Shown: positions 48,628-62,000 of the stretch, in pieces
How the letters are laid out: every line of letters starts with the position of its first letter
Numbering within the stretch: the first letter of the stretch is position 1
DNA from: Macrostomum lignano
Taxonomy: Eukaryota
DNA: 64,000 nucleotides
Direction: 5' to 3'
Assembly (NCBI GenBank): GCA_002269645.1
Contig: NIVC01000420.1
Coordinates: 1-64,000, forward strand
Notes under the pieces: model-generated
Databases searched by the model: none
What the model saw: only the letters and a program-made list of their open reading frames with translations
Told to the model about the DNA's origin: nothing
Made by a program: the position numbers and the translations under genes

Positions 48628-48847
48628 TTTTTTTTCTACGCAAGTACAATGGGAAGTGGTGCTCAATTTTGGATTTTTTTGTTTTGATTTTGACTTCTGT
48701 GTCAAAGCGACTGCACGGCGCTATGTACTGCTAGTCTCTTTAACAGTTGCAGAGCCTGGCCATCTTTCTGTACTTTTTTATGCCAGAAATAGTGTTTTAT
48801 TAATTTTGTTATTAATGTTACAAAGGACTCGCATTCAAAGTGTCGAA

Positions 48848-49405
48848 TGACTGTCAGGGCCAATTGACTGTCGGTGACAATTGTCTGTCAGTGCCAACTG
48901 ACTGTCAGTGCCAATTGACCGTCAGTGCCAATTGACTGTCAGTGCCAATTGACTGTCAGTGCCAATAGACTCAGTGACATTTGACCGTCAGTGCCAATTG
49001 ACTGTCGTTGACAATTGTCTGTCAGTGCCAATTAACTGCCAGTGCCAATTGACTGTCGGTGACAATTGACTGTCAGTGCCAATTGACTGTCAGTGTCAAT
49101 TAACTGTCAGTGCCAATTGACTGTCAGTGCCAATTGACTCAGTGACATTTGTCTGTCAGTGCCAATAGACTCAGTGACATTTGACCGTCAGTGCCAATTA
49201 ACTGTCAGTGCCAATTGACTGTCAGTGCCAATTGACTGCCAGTGCCAATTTACTGTCAGTGCCAATTAACTGTCAGTGCCAATTGACTGTCAGTGAAATT
49301 TGACTGTCAGTGCCAATTGACTGCCAGTGCCAATTTACTGTCAGTGCCAATTAACTGTCAGTGCCAATTGACTGTCAGTGAAATTTGACTGTCAGTGCCA
49401 TTTTA
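48848..49405. repeat. 17-bp minisatellite (TTGACTGTCAGTGCCAA)
   Basis: Tandem copies visible. Confidence 0.95.
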
Positions 49406-50007
49406 CTTCTAGTGACAATTGTTAACGCCATAATTTGCTAACCATAAGAGCATCAGCTAGAAGTTCCGATTCTTCGAGATTTGTTTTAAACGGAAGCTTT
49501 GTTCATCATGCAACATTATACATTCGTCTTCTTATTATTGTGCACAGAATCTTTTTTGTGTCTTCGTACTGACTGCATGTTTATTTTCAGTAATAATTTC
49601 TAATAGCTTGAAATGCCATCTTTTTGGGTATTAAACTTTTGCAAAAAAAATAAATAAAATCAGCTGATTGTTGTCCTATTTATTGTACAACATTTGTGTG
49701 CCTTGTTAGCTTGTTTTGTTATATTTGCTTTGTGCTTTTAAAAACTAAATTTGTGCTTGATGCTACTTTTGTCAGTAGCGTGACGCGATTGCTCTATAGA
49801 TTTTTTGACGCAGGTTTTTTTTGACATGCGCGCTGGCGGCTGTCGCACCATTTTAATAAAAACTGCTTTGCCTGGCTTCCTGTGTAGACAGAGGTTTATT
49901 GCACAATCCATTATTGGCTCAAGATTTACGAGTATTGATCATTGATGATTTTGTTAAGTTTATTGAATTCTTTAATATAATGACACCATCTGCCGCAAGC
50001 GCAAAGA

Positions 50008-50581
50008 CCATCTGACTAAAATCCCATAAGACCATCTGACTAAAATCCCATAGGACCATCTGACTAAAATCCCATAGGACCATCTGACTAAAATCCCATA
50101 GGACCATCTGACTAAAATCCCATAAGACCATCTGACTAAAATCCCATAGGACCATCTGACTAAAATCCCATAGGACCATCTGACTAAACTCCCATAGGAT
50201 TATCGAACTAAAATCCCATAGGACCATCTGACTAAAATCCCATAGGACCATCTGACTAAAATCCCATAGGACCATCTGACTAAAATCCCATAGGACCATC
50301 TGACTAAAATCCCATAGGACCATCTGACTAAACTCCCATAGGACCATCTGACTAAAATCCCATAGGACCATCTGACTAAAATCCCAAAGGACCATCGAAC
50401 TAAAATCCCATAGGACCATCGGACTAAAATCCCATAGGACCATCTGACTAAAATCCCATAGGACCATCTGACTAAAATCCCATAGGACCATCTGACTAAA
50501 ATCCCATATGACCATCTGACTAAAATCCCATAGGACCATCGGACTAAAATCCTATATGACCATCTGACTAAAATCCCATAG
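50008..50581. repeat. 24-bp minisatellite (ACCATCTGACTAAAATCCCATAGG)
   Basis: Tandem copies visible. Confidence 0.96.
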
Positions 50582-51289
50582 GGCCGTGCGATCAGATTTA
50601 AGTCCATTTTAATATATTTCGACATTAAAATGCTAAGAAAACTCTAAAACATTTAAAAATACTACTTTAAGTAAGATACAGTATATTTTACCACCTTCAA
50701 TTTTTCTGCCCAATTTCTAAAAAATGAGTTCCTAAATGTTCCCAAAAATGTTGAAAAATTGACGAAAAACTTTTTACCATCTTTAAAGAAGTGATAAAAT
50801 TCTACATCCAGTTCCGCTACTTTTTGCTGAGTTCCCTCCGAAGATCACGGTTCACTCGTTTTGCCAGAATGAAGAAACTCCCAAAAGAAAAAGTCTTTAG
50901 GAATAAAATTTCCAGGATTTTTTTGTCTATCTGGGAGCCCGAGGGAAAGTTCAGAAATTTGACAGGTGCGAAGGCATTGAGAAGAATTGAATTAGGGGGG
51001 GGGGCGTGACGGCCCAGGGCTGCCGTATCCACAGCAGCCGGTTTTGCATGCATTTGTAATTAGCCAAGCCAGCGACAAAATTTTGGCTAGCAAAGTCAAA
51101 CAGGCTGGAGGGAGCTGAGGGCAGTGCAAATACTTGATGCCTCAAAATGCGCCTTGAGTACTACTCAAATGCTCGTATGGATGAATACAGTCAATACGGA
51201 ACCGATTCAACTTGGGTTCTGGTGTGGTTAAGTGTTAAATTTTCTTTTTATTCAATTTCTTTTCGGGAGGGCTGCTGGAACCCTGAAGC

Positions 51290-51530
51290 CTTCGGCGACA
51301 TGGTCTCACAACCAGGGCTGAGGCAGTTCTGGCCATTCAGCTGCCTCCTGAGCACATGCAAGCCCGCCAATACTGTACACACGCTCACACAGGGTGTACA
51401 GCGGACCTGGCTTTCTGATCGTCAGGGATGTACACTCTCTGTGCCCTGGGGGTTGGGCCTCACTGGTATGAATCGCATGGCAGACCTCAGCCACTTTTCA
51501 TGCAAATTAAACTGGGATTAACATAGACTC
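51290..51530 (-). mobile_element. Partial copy of the tRNA-derived SINE
   Basis: CACACGCTCACACAGGGTGTACAGCGG...GATGTACACTCTCTGTGCC homologous to the 61664-62025 element. Confidence 0.75.
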
Positions 51531-51626
51531 GAAATTCTCGAATATTAGGATGAGTAAAGATTGGATTAGTAGAAGGGATATTGCTAGTTGAGGTAGGGAG
51601 TTTTCAAGGGAAGATATGGGTCGGGG

Positions 51627-51988
51627 CAGGCGCGTCGCCTCCGGGGGGGGGGACACAGGGGGGACATGTCCCCCAGTAAAAACTATGGGGGGGCATGCCA
51701 ATGCTTTGTCCCCCCACCCCACCTTGTGACCCGTTGTGGTAATCAATAATTTTTCTTCTGGGCGCCAAAATGAGTGCCTGCGGCGCCAAAATGAGTTCCT
51801 GTGGCGCTAAAATGAGTGCCTGTGGCACCAAAAGTAGTGCCTGCGGCACCAAAATGAGTGCCTGCGGCGCCAAAATGAGCTCTGACAACGCGATTCTCAA
51901 AATAATGGAGATGTAGAAATTTAGTCATGTACATGTAGAATTCTTGGCTTTGTCCCCACCCACCATAAAATCCATGGCGACGCCCCTG
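51627..51988. mobile_element. hAT-like MITE with internal 21-bp repeats
   Basis: Ends CAGGCGCGTCGCC / GGCGACGCCCCTG; 8-bp flanks GGTCGGGG / TGTCGGGT (6 of 8); internal AAAATGAGTGCCTGCGGCGCC repeats. Confidence 0.55.
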
Positions 51989-52779
51989 TGTCGGGTGACA
52001 AAAGAAATTGGCAGATACTTCACAACCGACAGGGACGGGAAACTACAAAAGTTTGAGGCCCATCAATCAATAAATTAGTCCTCGAAAAGCATTACTTGGA
52101 TAGGTTTTTACCACAGACAAAAACTCACTGATTTAAAGGGAATACACTAAGAAGATAGCAGCTCATCGGCCTCCAAATTTTGTTGTTTCACTATGGGAGT
52201 TCTATCCCCTTTCTCATCCAACGGAGGAGTTCCACTCGTATGCATTAAAGCTAGCATGGCCATTATGACACTTTGGGCCGCCGCTCTCCCAGATCTGGTG
52301 GCGAATGACGCAACCTGTTGCGAGAGACGCCTTTACTGAGTTATAATCTATGGCCCAGAGTTGGTTCACAGGGCCCTGGCAGATTGGGAGATGGCCAAGT
52401 GAGGTCAGACAAAGTCAAGGGGGGCAGCTGGGGCTGGTCGGTTCCATCCACGCCCCCCGTGTCCTACGGCCAGGATTGATCATTGTAAAAGTTCTATGCT
52501 CATAAAATTCAATGATAGCTGGCTGCTCCAGTATAACAGTTGACTTTGACCAGCATCAGTTTAGATTGCGCGTTGAGGCCGCGATGGTGGTGGGTGGCGC
52601 AAGCGGTTGGTTTTCAATTTTAATAATCACTTTCAAATTTTGCAGATTTATAAACGATTTTGCTGGCAGCTGTGCATAGCAACTAATGTAGATTCGAATT
52701 TATTTAAGCAATTTTGGATTCAATTTTACCAATCCTTGAGATTTGATTTTTAAAGGAGCGATTGAGTTTCAGATTGTCA

Positions 52780-53746
52780 CTCTTGTGCCAGTCACGCCAA
52801 TTAAACTGCGCGCTTGCGCCAGTCGCTCCTATTAAACTGCGCGCTTATGCTAGTGGCGCCTATTAAACTGCGCGCTTGTGCCAGTCACGCCAATTAAACT
52901 GCGCGCTTGTGCCAGTCGCGCCTATTAAACTGCGCACTTGTGCCAGTCGCTCCTATTAAACTGCGCGCTTATGCTAGTCGCGCCTATTAAACTGCGCGCT
53001 TGTGCCAGTCGCTCCTATTAAACTGCGCACTTGTGCCAGTCGCTCCTATTAAACTGCGCGCTTATGCTAGTCGCGCCTATTAAACTGCGCGCTTGTGCCA
53101 GTCGCTCCTATTAAACTGCGCGCCTGTACCAGTCGCGCCTATTAAACGCCGCGCTTGTGCCAGTCGCGCCAATTAAACTGCGCGCTTGTACCAGTCGCGC
53201 CTATTAAACTCCGCGCTTGTGCCAGTCGCGCCTATTAAACTGAGCACTTGTGCCAGTCGCGCCTATTAAACTCCGCGCTTGTGCCAGTCGCGCCTATTAA
53301 ACTGCGCACTTGTGCCAGTCGCTCCTATTAAACTGCGCGCTTATGCTAGTCACGCCTATTAAACTGCGCGCTTGTGCCAGTCGCGCTTATTAAACTGCGC
53401 GCTTATGCTAGTCACGCCTATTAAACTGCGCGCTTGTGCCAGTCGCGCTTATTAAACTGCGCGCTTATGCTAGTCGCGCTTATTAAACTGCGCGCTTGTG
53501 CCAGTCGCGCCAATTGAACTGCGCGCTTGTGCCAGTCGCTCCTATTAAACTGCGCGCTGATGCTAGTCGTGCCTATTAAACTGCGCGCTTGTGCCAGTCG
53601 CGCCCATTAACCTGCGCGCTTGCGCCAGTCGCTCCTATAAAACTGCGCGCTTATGCTAGTTGCGCTTATTAAACTGCGTGCTTGTGCCAGTCGCGCCAAT
53701 TGAACTGCGCGCTTGTGCCAGTCACGCCAATTAAACTGCGCGCTTA
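52780..53746. repeat. 31-bp CpG-rich minisatellite (TTAAACTGCGCGCTTGTGCCAGTCGCGCCTA)
   Basis: Tandem copies visible. Confidence 0.96.
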
Positions 53747-54639
53747 ATCAGGCATCCGTTTCAGTGGTTGATTCTCAGTGTGCTTCTTGAGAATAATAAT
53801 CGCTAATGGGGATGCAATTAAGGTCGGTACCTCATGCTTTTTAAAATGCTAAAAATTTCTATTTACAAAATTTCTGTCGAGTGCTTGCTTGGATGATTAA
53901 AAAATCGACCTTCAGGCTACCTGGCACAAAGCGGCTCAAAATTAAAGACGATTAATCACACAATACTACAACAATTGTCTTCAATAGATGCTATCGACAA
54001 ACTCGGCCTGCAGTTGCTCCTTGAGTAACGCAGCAAATCGTTCTGAGTTTTGTTTGCCAACAACGGGCATTTTTTATGAATTTTTTAATCCCCTGTCCTC
54101 CGGCCGGTGTTTAAACTGCGGCTCCGTCAATTTCCCATTTAATTCCGGCGCTCGAAATGAATTGAAGGAGGGAATGGGAGAGGCAGACAGGAAAGGGTTG
54201 AGCGAATATGAATTTCTGTGGCGGAAGGGGCGCTGAAAAAGCCGGCAAACAGAATTTAATGGCGGCAGGCAGAGCCAATGAATAGACTCGCTATAGAGTG
54301 GAGCACGCCGTGTTTGTCCAAGCCTGATGAGGCTGGGAAGCTGACTTCAAGATTTCGCTTTTTAACTCGAATTGCCCCGAAGTGGATTTATAGAAAGCAA
54401 AAAAACTCATTATTCTGTTCGGGACACGAAAGCCGTCGCTCTATTTACGTGTATTGCTATATTTTTTGTCATGCCGAGCCAAGGGGGTCAGTGAGCCATC
54501 CCGGTCCTTTCTTCAGGGAAATTTTATTTTTGTTAGTGGGACTAAATGTTTCTGAATTCGGTTTTTCTAATTTAATTGCAATTTTTCTGTTTCTGATTAA
54601 TTGCATGTAGCAGGAACTGTTTTGGACCCTCCAGAACAA

Positions 54640-55580
54640 ATTGGCGCCCCAGGAACTGACTTGGTGCCTCAAAACCTGACATGGCGCCCCAGGAACTGAC
54701 TTGGTGCCTCAAAACCTGACATGGCGCCTCAAGAACTGACATGGCGCCTCAAGAACTGACATGGCGCCTCAAGAACTGACATGGCGCCTCAAGAACTGAC
54801 ATGGCGCCTCAAGAACTGACATGGCGTCTCAAGAACTGACATGGCGCCTCAAGAACTGACATGGCGCCTCAAGAATTGACATGGCGCCTCAAGAACTGAC
54901 ATGGCGCCTCAAGAACTGACATGGCGCCTTAGGGACTGACTTGGCGCCTTAGGGACTGACATAGCGCCTCAGGAACTAACATGGCGCCTCAAGAACTGAC
55001 TTGGTTGGCGCTTCAAGAACTGACTTGGCACCTCAAGAACTGACTTGGTTGGCGCTTCAAGAACTGACTTGGCGCCTCAGGAACTGACATGGCGCTTCAA
55101 TAATTAACATGGCGTCTCAGGAATTGACATGGCGCCTCAGGGACTGACATGGCGCCTCAGAAACTGACATGGTGCCTCAAGAACTGACTTGGCGCTTCAA
55201 GAACTGACATGGCGCCTCAGGAACTGACTTGGCGCCTTAGGGACTGACTTGGCGCCTCAGGAACTGACATGGCGCCCTAGGGACTGACTTGGCGCCTCAG
55301 GAACTAACATGGCGCCTCAAGAACTGACATGGCGCCTCAAAAACTGACATGGTGCCTTAGGGACTGACATGGCGCCTCAGGAACTAACATGGCGCCTCAA
55401 GAACTGACTTGGCGCCTCAGGAACTGACATGGCGCCCTAGGGACTGACTTGGCGCCTCAGGAACTAACATGGCGCCTCAAGAACTGACATGGCGCCTCAA
55501 AAACTGACATGGTGCCTTAGGGACTGACATAGCGCCTTAGGGACTGACTTGGCGCCTTAGGGACTGACTTGGCGCCTTGG
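54640..55580. repeat. 20-bp minisatellite (ATGGCGCCTCAAGAACTGAC) upstream of the Unc-4 gene
   Basis: Tandem copies visible. Confidence 0.96.
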
Positions 55581-56079
55581 AAATCTATTTCTTGCTCCGT
55601 TTTGTGTCCCAACTTATTGACAATTAAACGCTACTAAAAATTTCGCGTGAATTTAATTCTATTGGTTAGCTGAACTCAAAACTTTCTCTGATGTCAGATA
55701 AATTATAATTCAGTAAATAGTCGTTAGGACCTGCTCAATCTTTCAATCCCATCCAGGAAGCTTTCTCAAACTCATCGACAGCCAATGGGAATTGCGGAGG
55801 GGCGGCGGCTGAGCGGAGCGGGACTGCAGGGGGGGGGGGCGGGACAGGACAGCCTCCATAGTGAAAACTGTAGTTTGAGTCATCCAATCTCGATCCACAT
55901 CATCTACAGCCGTAGCCCATCCATTCATCCATTGTCTCATCTGCAAGGGAGGTGGGGGGTTATTCTTGCAAACTAACTAGTTTAAATACCCAGCTAAAAG
56001 CAGGGACTGCTCGAAAGCGATTGTCAATCGAACTGAGCGACCGAATTAGCAGTCAATTGTTTGCCAATCTCGGTGCGGC

Positions 56080-59000
56080 ATGGAGTTGAATCCTTTCAGC
56101 GCTGCCGCGGCCGGCCTGCCGCCTCTGAGCTCGGCCGCTGCCGCCGCTGCTGCAGCCGCCGCTGCCGCTGCTGCTGCGGGCGCGCGGCCTGAGCAGTCGC
56201 CGCCTCAGCTGTTGCCATTTAACAAAGCTCTGCAGCTGTCCTCTTGGCTTTACTTCAAGTCCGGCCTGCCGTACCAGCAGATGCTGCAGAACCATCACCA
56301 GCAGCATCATCAGCAGCAGCGTCTGTTTCCCGACTTGCATCTCCACCTGGAGGAGCAGGTGGTCGCATCCTCCGGGATGACTTCCAGCGCGGCCGCCGCA
56401 GCGGCCATCGCCGACGCCGCCGCCAATGAAGATGACGACTGCAGTCCCACGGATCTTAGCGGCTGCTGCGCCTCGTCCATCATCAAAGGTGAGGCCAAGT
56501 TTTAATTATAAGGCGTCGCAACACAAATTGAAAATTTTGTTGACGTTGGGGCCGGTGTGCGCAGCAAAATGCAAGATCTGAAACAAAAATTAAGTAAGTA
56601 AATATTGTTTAGCTGCAGTGTCCACTTGTCCACTTTGACTTGTCCCGGTCAAATATGTCGATGGTCTGGTATTGAAAAAATCATTTCGAACCTTAGGCTA
56701 TTGAGCCAGTCTATATACAGCACTACATTCGTACTTCAATTACAAAGAACTTTGACAACAGAAACTTCAGAACCGATTTGCTTATCTCATGCTGCTCCTT
56801 GAGCACCATCAATCCACGTCGATCACTGTCTCGTCTTCTCGTGCCATTCCGTCAACGTGTTGATTATTCAAGTAGCTTTCTTAGTAGCTTCTGGCACACA
56901 GCCATGAGCTCATCTTCTGACGTAAAATCGACGTGAGGGCTTGTGAATTTCTCCGTAAGGCTTCCGTCCGTAAACATCAAATCAACAAATCTCGCTATAT
57001 CAGCGTCAATAGTGGCAAAGTCGACAGTCACATTTGGTAAATTTTACGCTTCGTGCACAAGCAATTTAATCCCCCTCCCTGACCATTTTTTGCTGCGCCG
57101 GACTTTTTGTTGCGCACCTTCTCAAACAAGAATCAAGTCGCCAGCCCTCCGGACCGTCGAGATATTCAACGATTCAGCCAGAAGGTCGGATTTTTCCCAT
57201 AAGCGCTACTGTAATTAGTGCATCCCCTGTGCGCCAATCAGCACTGCGCCTCAGTGCAGCCTTGCCAAGTCTCCAAATTCCATTAGCACGTCGACCACAT
57301 GTGTCTGCATCAGCTCTGACTTCGTTGGTCACTGGCCTTCACCCCGACGGAGCTTCTGGATCTAGAATTAGAGACTAGAGAAATTCGCATAAGGGTCTTC
57401 AAATAGTTATCTGGTGCCATCTGTTGAAGGTCAAGAAGCTCCGTCTGGGTCAACCTTGATTTTGGATTTCGGACTGAGAGGGCGCAAAACCAGGGGCTTA
57501 CTGATAAGGCTCTTATTTGGTTAGAGCATCGCTCTGTTAGACAAAAAGGCGACAGGCTACAAGTGAATTTTTATTAAATTGTGCTCCCCCAAATTTTTAA
57601 GCTATTGGCTTCCAAGATTGACACTTACACCTAATTAGAGCTAACACAGATCTCAGCTATATTCACGCATTCACCCATCTTCTGGTATTAACAAGACTGC
57701 CCTCAGCCCCGTCACCCCAGGGCCCGTGCTGTGCTTGCTAAAATAGACACAGCTCAGCTTCCATTGTTGCGCAGCCGTTGCAGGCCTCACTCAACATCGC
57801 GGGGTTGTTTTAACTTTCCCCCCTTTTGCATCCACTTAACTTCTTTTACGACGGATGAAATAATAAGACGTTAAGCTGGGGTGGGTGGCAGCCACGGCTT
57901 AGTAACAATTGGCCTATAGCAAGTCTTGCCGCTAACAGTTTAGGCAGAAGAGGAATGCTTCAAGAATTGAGAAAACAAGAGAGAAAAGAGGAGGGGCAAA
58001 ACGACGAGAATTAGAAATCCTCTCCACTTGTTGGTTCTTCAAATTGCTTCAATTAGCGGTCCCGTTTGGAAGCGCGGCAGGAGTCCCCCAATTGACTTAC
58101 CTGCCACCTACCCTATGCAGTGCAGGGCTCAGCAGCCCGCCCCCTAAGCAAAATTTACAATTGACAAGCTGATCAATACCATCAGCCCGGCCTGAACCCC
58201 CCGCTCTCCAAAATCGATACTTTAATTAGGCCTGCCCGGTGCAACAGAGAATTTATTTGCTGGGCCATCCAGCCCACTGAATGAGTTGCTGCTGCTGCTG
58301 CCGCTGCTTCTTGCGGCGAAAAATTCTACTAAGACCCCCAAGGCAACCAAGGATAGGGAGCTGCATAATGAAAAGCTTGAGCAGGGAGAAAGCTGTATTA
58401 ACGGCGTTGAATTAGAAACTCAGGGGATTAGTGCCTCGTAGAAGTATAATTCTACTTTGAAATTGAAAAGCAGATTTAAACAAAGCTTCCCTAATTCCGT
58501 TTGATTTAGCTACTTCCTCGGAGCTATAATAGTCTTGAGTCATTTATCTGTAGCCAAAAGCCTCCCAAAGTTTTCCCAACAACAATGTCACCCTCATTCA
58601 ACACAAGCACCTCTTAAAACTGTTTTTCAACCAATAATTATACAGAAAAGAAGACGTTGCATTTGATATTAAGAGGTGTCAAAATAAAAAATCTGATCTA
58701 ATTAGGGGGAGGTCGCGGAGCTCATTGACAACTCGAAAGCTTGAGAAAAGCCAGATACCCCTAAGAGAGACAAAGAACGACACAACAATGGCCGTGACTT
58801 ACTCATCACCCTATAAGAACTAATTTCCCTCACTGAGGTCTCTGATCGGGTCGCAATTAAACAATTGCTGCCACCTGAGTCCGGTATGGAAACCTTGCAC
58901 TGCCGTCTCTGCCATGTGTGCAGCTTGGTATCGAGGACGATTGAACGTGAGACGAGGACAAGTGTGTAGGTGTGTGTGGCGCGAGACATGAGTCCCATTT

Positions 59001-62000
59001 ATTCCATCTAAAACATTTTACATCTATAAAGGAAAAAGAGGGGTGCAAAAAAACGTGCTCCCAGTTCCCTCTTATTCTATTCCCATCATCTTCATGCTCT
59101 TCTTTTAATTTTCCATTTCCGTCTGCTCGGAAGGAGTAGGGAAGAAGTTCCTGCGGAGTGGCTTGGAGGAATTGACGCTCTCATGCAGACACGTGGCGAG
59201 CCGTGCGAACTGCGAGACCTGGTGACGTCTGCTACCACTCTCTTCTTGTCAACAGCGTATCTCTCTCATTTTAATTTTTTCTCAACCGATTATTGTCTGT
59301 CAACCCTGCGGGACATACTCCTCCCCCACCGCCAACTTGGCTCACTCAATCATCAACTCCATTTTCACTTCCAATTCTAACTGATCCCAGTTTACAATGG
59401 ATTAGATTATGGGGACTTGTAGTTATTAATCCGTCATTGGGAATTGAGTAAAAAGCTTAATGATAAGAAAAGAAGCAGAGAAGAAAGATTTAACTTTTTT
59501 CATCACCCACTTTGTCTCGCGAATCTTCTTCCTCCTCCTCACCCTTTCTCTTTCAGCAGCAGCAGCAGCCCCATCCTCTCATCTCATCTCTGAATAAAAC
59601 AGGCGACCCGTTACTCCTGGGGGTCCTAATTACCCAGGCATGAAGAATCACCTTCGAAGCTTCACCGTCTCTCACTCCCCCCCCCCACTCAGTCCCATTC
59701 ACAGTGACTTGTCACTCTCGTCTTCAATAACAGGTGCGCCCGATTCCCCCCCCCAGCTTTCTGCAATTGTCAAATAGCTAGTGTGTCTCTGGACAAAAAA
59801 TTGGTGGGAACTCATACGGAAGAAGGAAGGTAAGAACGAAGAGAGGCGCGATGAGGAACATGACAAATACATCAGAGTAAGAAGAGAAGAGAATTGATAT
59901 CAACAATGCATTTTTTAAGAAGAACGCCGGCCCCAACCTGAGTGATTGGCGCCCAACATTGGAGGCGCTCGTATTATGAACCATTATTGGCAAATTAGAA
60001 GACATTCCGCGACTAAACTGACAGAGCTGTATAGATAGGATTTCAGAAGGCCTCAGACCTGACCTCCTTAATGGCTAAGATGGGGTGCTTCAATATTGGA
60101 TCAGCAGCGCATCATGGATGAAATAATTGTTGCTTTAAGAGTTTTTCTGTAACAGAATGATAGACAAATTCGTATCTCTGTTGTCATGCAGGGCAACCAC
60201 CCCGAGAAACCCACTCAAAATCTGTCAGAATTATTGTTTGCTGCAAATGACGTACGCCGGAATGCCGGATACGCTCAGCACTATATTGTATTTCTATATT
60301 ATAACGTTACTCTAGTTTAGTGATGCAATAATAAGTCTCAGCTTATAGTCTTGCATATACGCTGAGAATGTCTATGGCCAAGAGACCACTAATTGATTGA
60401 GTGCAAAGGCAGCGGGTGTGCACAAAACGCCCGCCGAGAACTGTCTGTGGTAATTCCTCACTTGGCACTATGAGCAGCCCCCTGACTGAAAGCACGAGAA
60501 AAGTTTGGTTCTTTAATATATTTCAATATGTCTGAGGTGTTGCCTCTGCTTAATAGCTATCAGTGGTCCTTGAACCAATGGTGGCAAGCCCTTTGAGCTC
60601 TGAGCACAAGCTGGAATCCAAGGACTACTCAACTAGAAGGAGGAGAAAATACGTCTCTTAGAAAAAGTTAAGGAGGCTGGTTTTTACCGAAAAAGACACT
60701 ACGGAGATGGGAACTTTTCACTTTTTTCAGATTAAAAATTGTTATTGCTTTCGATAGGAAGCAGACCCAATGTTCATCTTTTGATATGTTTTGCCTCGCC
60801 TCCACACTCGCAGACTTATCAGATGAAGTGGATGGTCAGGCAGCAGCCGCTGCAACCTCGGTCACCGGCGCCGGCCTGTCAGGCTCCGGTGGTAAGCGCC
60901 GTCGAACGCGAACGAATTTCACAGCCTGGCAGCTGGACGAGCTGGAACGTGCGTTCAGTGACAGTCACTACCCGGATGTGTTCATGCGTGAGGCGCTGGC
61001 CCTGCGTCTGGAGCTGGCCGAGTCGCGGGTTCAGGTCTGGTTCCAGAACCGGCGGGCCAAATGGAGAAAGAAGGACAACACTAGGAAAGGTGAGTCTTCG
61101 CGGTGGAATTAAATAGGGCTTTTTAACTGACTCAATATTATCTAACAAGAACTCGCCACGCATTTTATGGTAAGGAGGATAAAGCACTATAAATTTGCGT
61201 TTGTCGTCAGATCACAATGAATCTTTAAGGAGCGCAGGTTGTTATCGATGGCGCTTTTAATTTTTTTCCGCAAACAAGTGGTAAGACCACTGAGGTGACA
61301 AAGCATAAAAGCTGCTGCTCATACCACAGTTTTAGGCTTCAACTTATCCAATGTAAGGCACGCGTGAACTTAATTTTAAACTGTACCTTTAGACGCGTCA
61401 GCTGGACAAGCATCTTAAAAGTTAGCAAAAATTCATTCTGAGAATCAATATCTGCTTTGAAAACCAAGACCGGTTTTTGTTGATAAAATGCATTAGCGAG
61501 AATAGTAAGCTTGATGATAAAGTTTCTTTAGAACTTAATTGACAAAGTATCTTAATTTTTTCTGAATTGCAAATGAAGCAGAGGTGCAGTCAAGTTAATC
61601 AAGCTACCGGATGCTACCAGAGAATGGCGAGCAAGAAAAGTTGCGGCAAAAGCTCAGCTGTTTTTTTTATTAGAGGCAGGGGGGTTGTGTGCACCCTGGC
61701 GCACTTTAAGCGACATTGGCACACAACCGGCGAGAGGCATTACTGCCCATTCCGCCGACTCCCCTGAGCAGGCATACAAGCGCGCGGATACGTACGCAGG
61801 CACACACTCACACAGGAGTGTACAGCGGCCCTAACTTTATATTATCGTTAGGCATGTACACTTCACTGTGCCTTGGGAGGTTGGCTCTCAAGGCCGTTAA
61901 TTACACGAGCAGAGCCAAGCTGAGATTCCAATTCAGCCCCAAATTAATGTGACTGCACTTGGAATCGAGCCTGGGTCGCTGGCACACCAGAGCAGCTGCG

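Noticed and set aside
49919-50625. SQMVLWDF and SYGILVRW repeat ORFs
   Set aside because: Translations of the 24-bp minisatellite.
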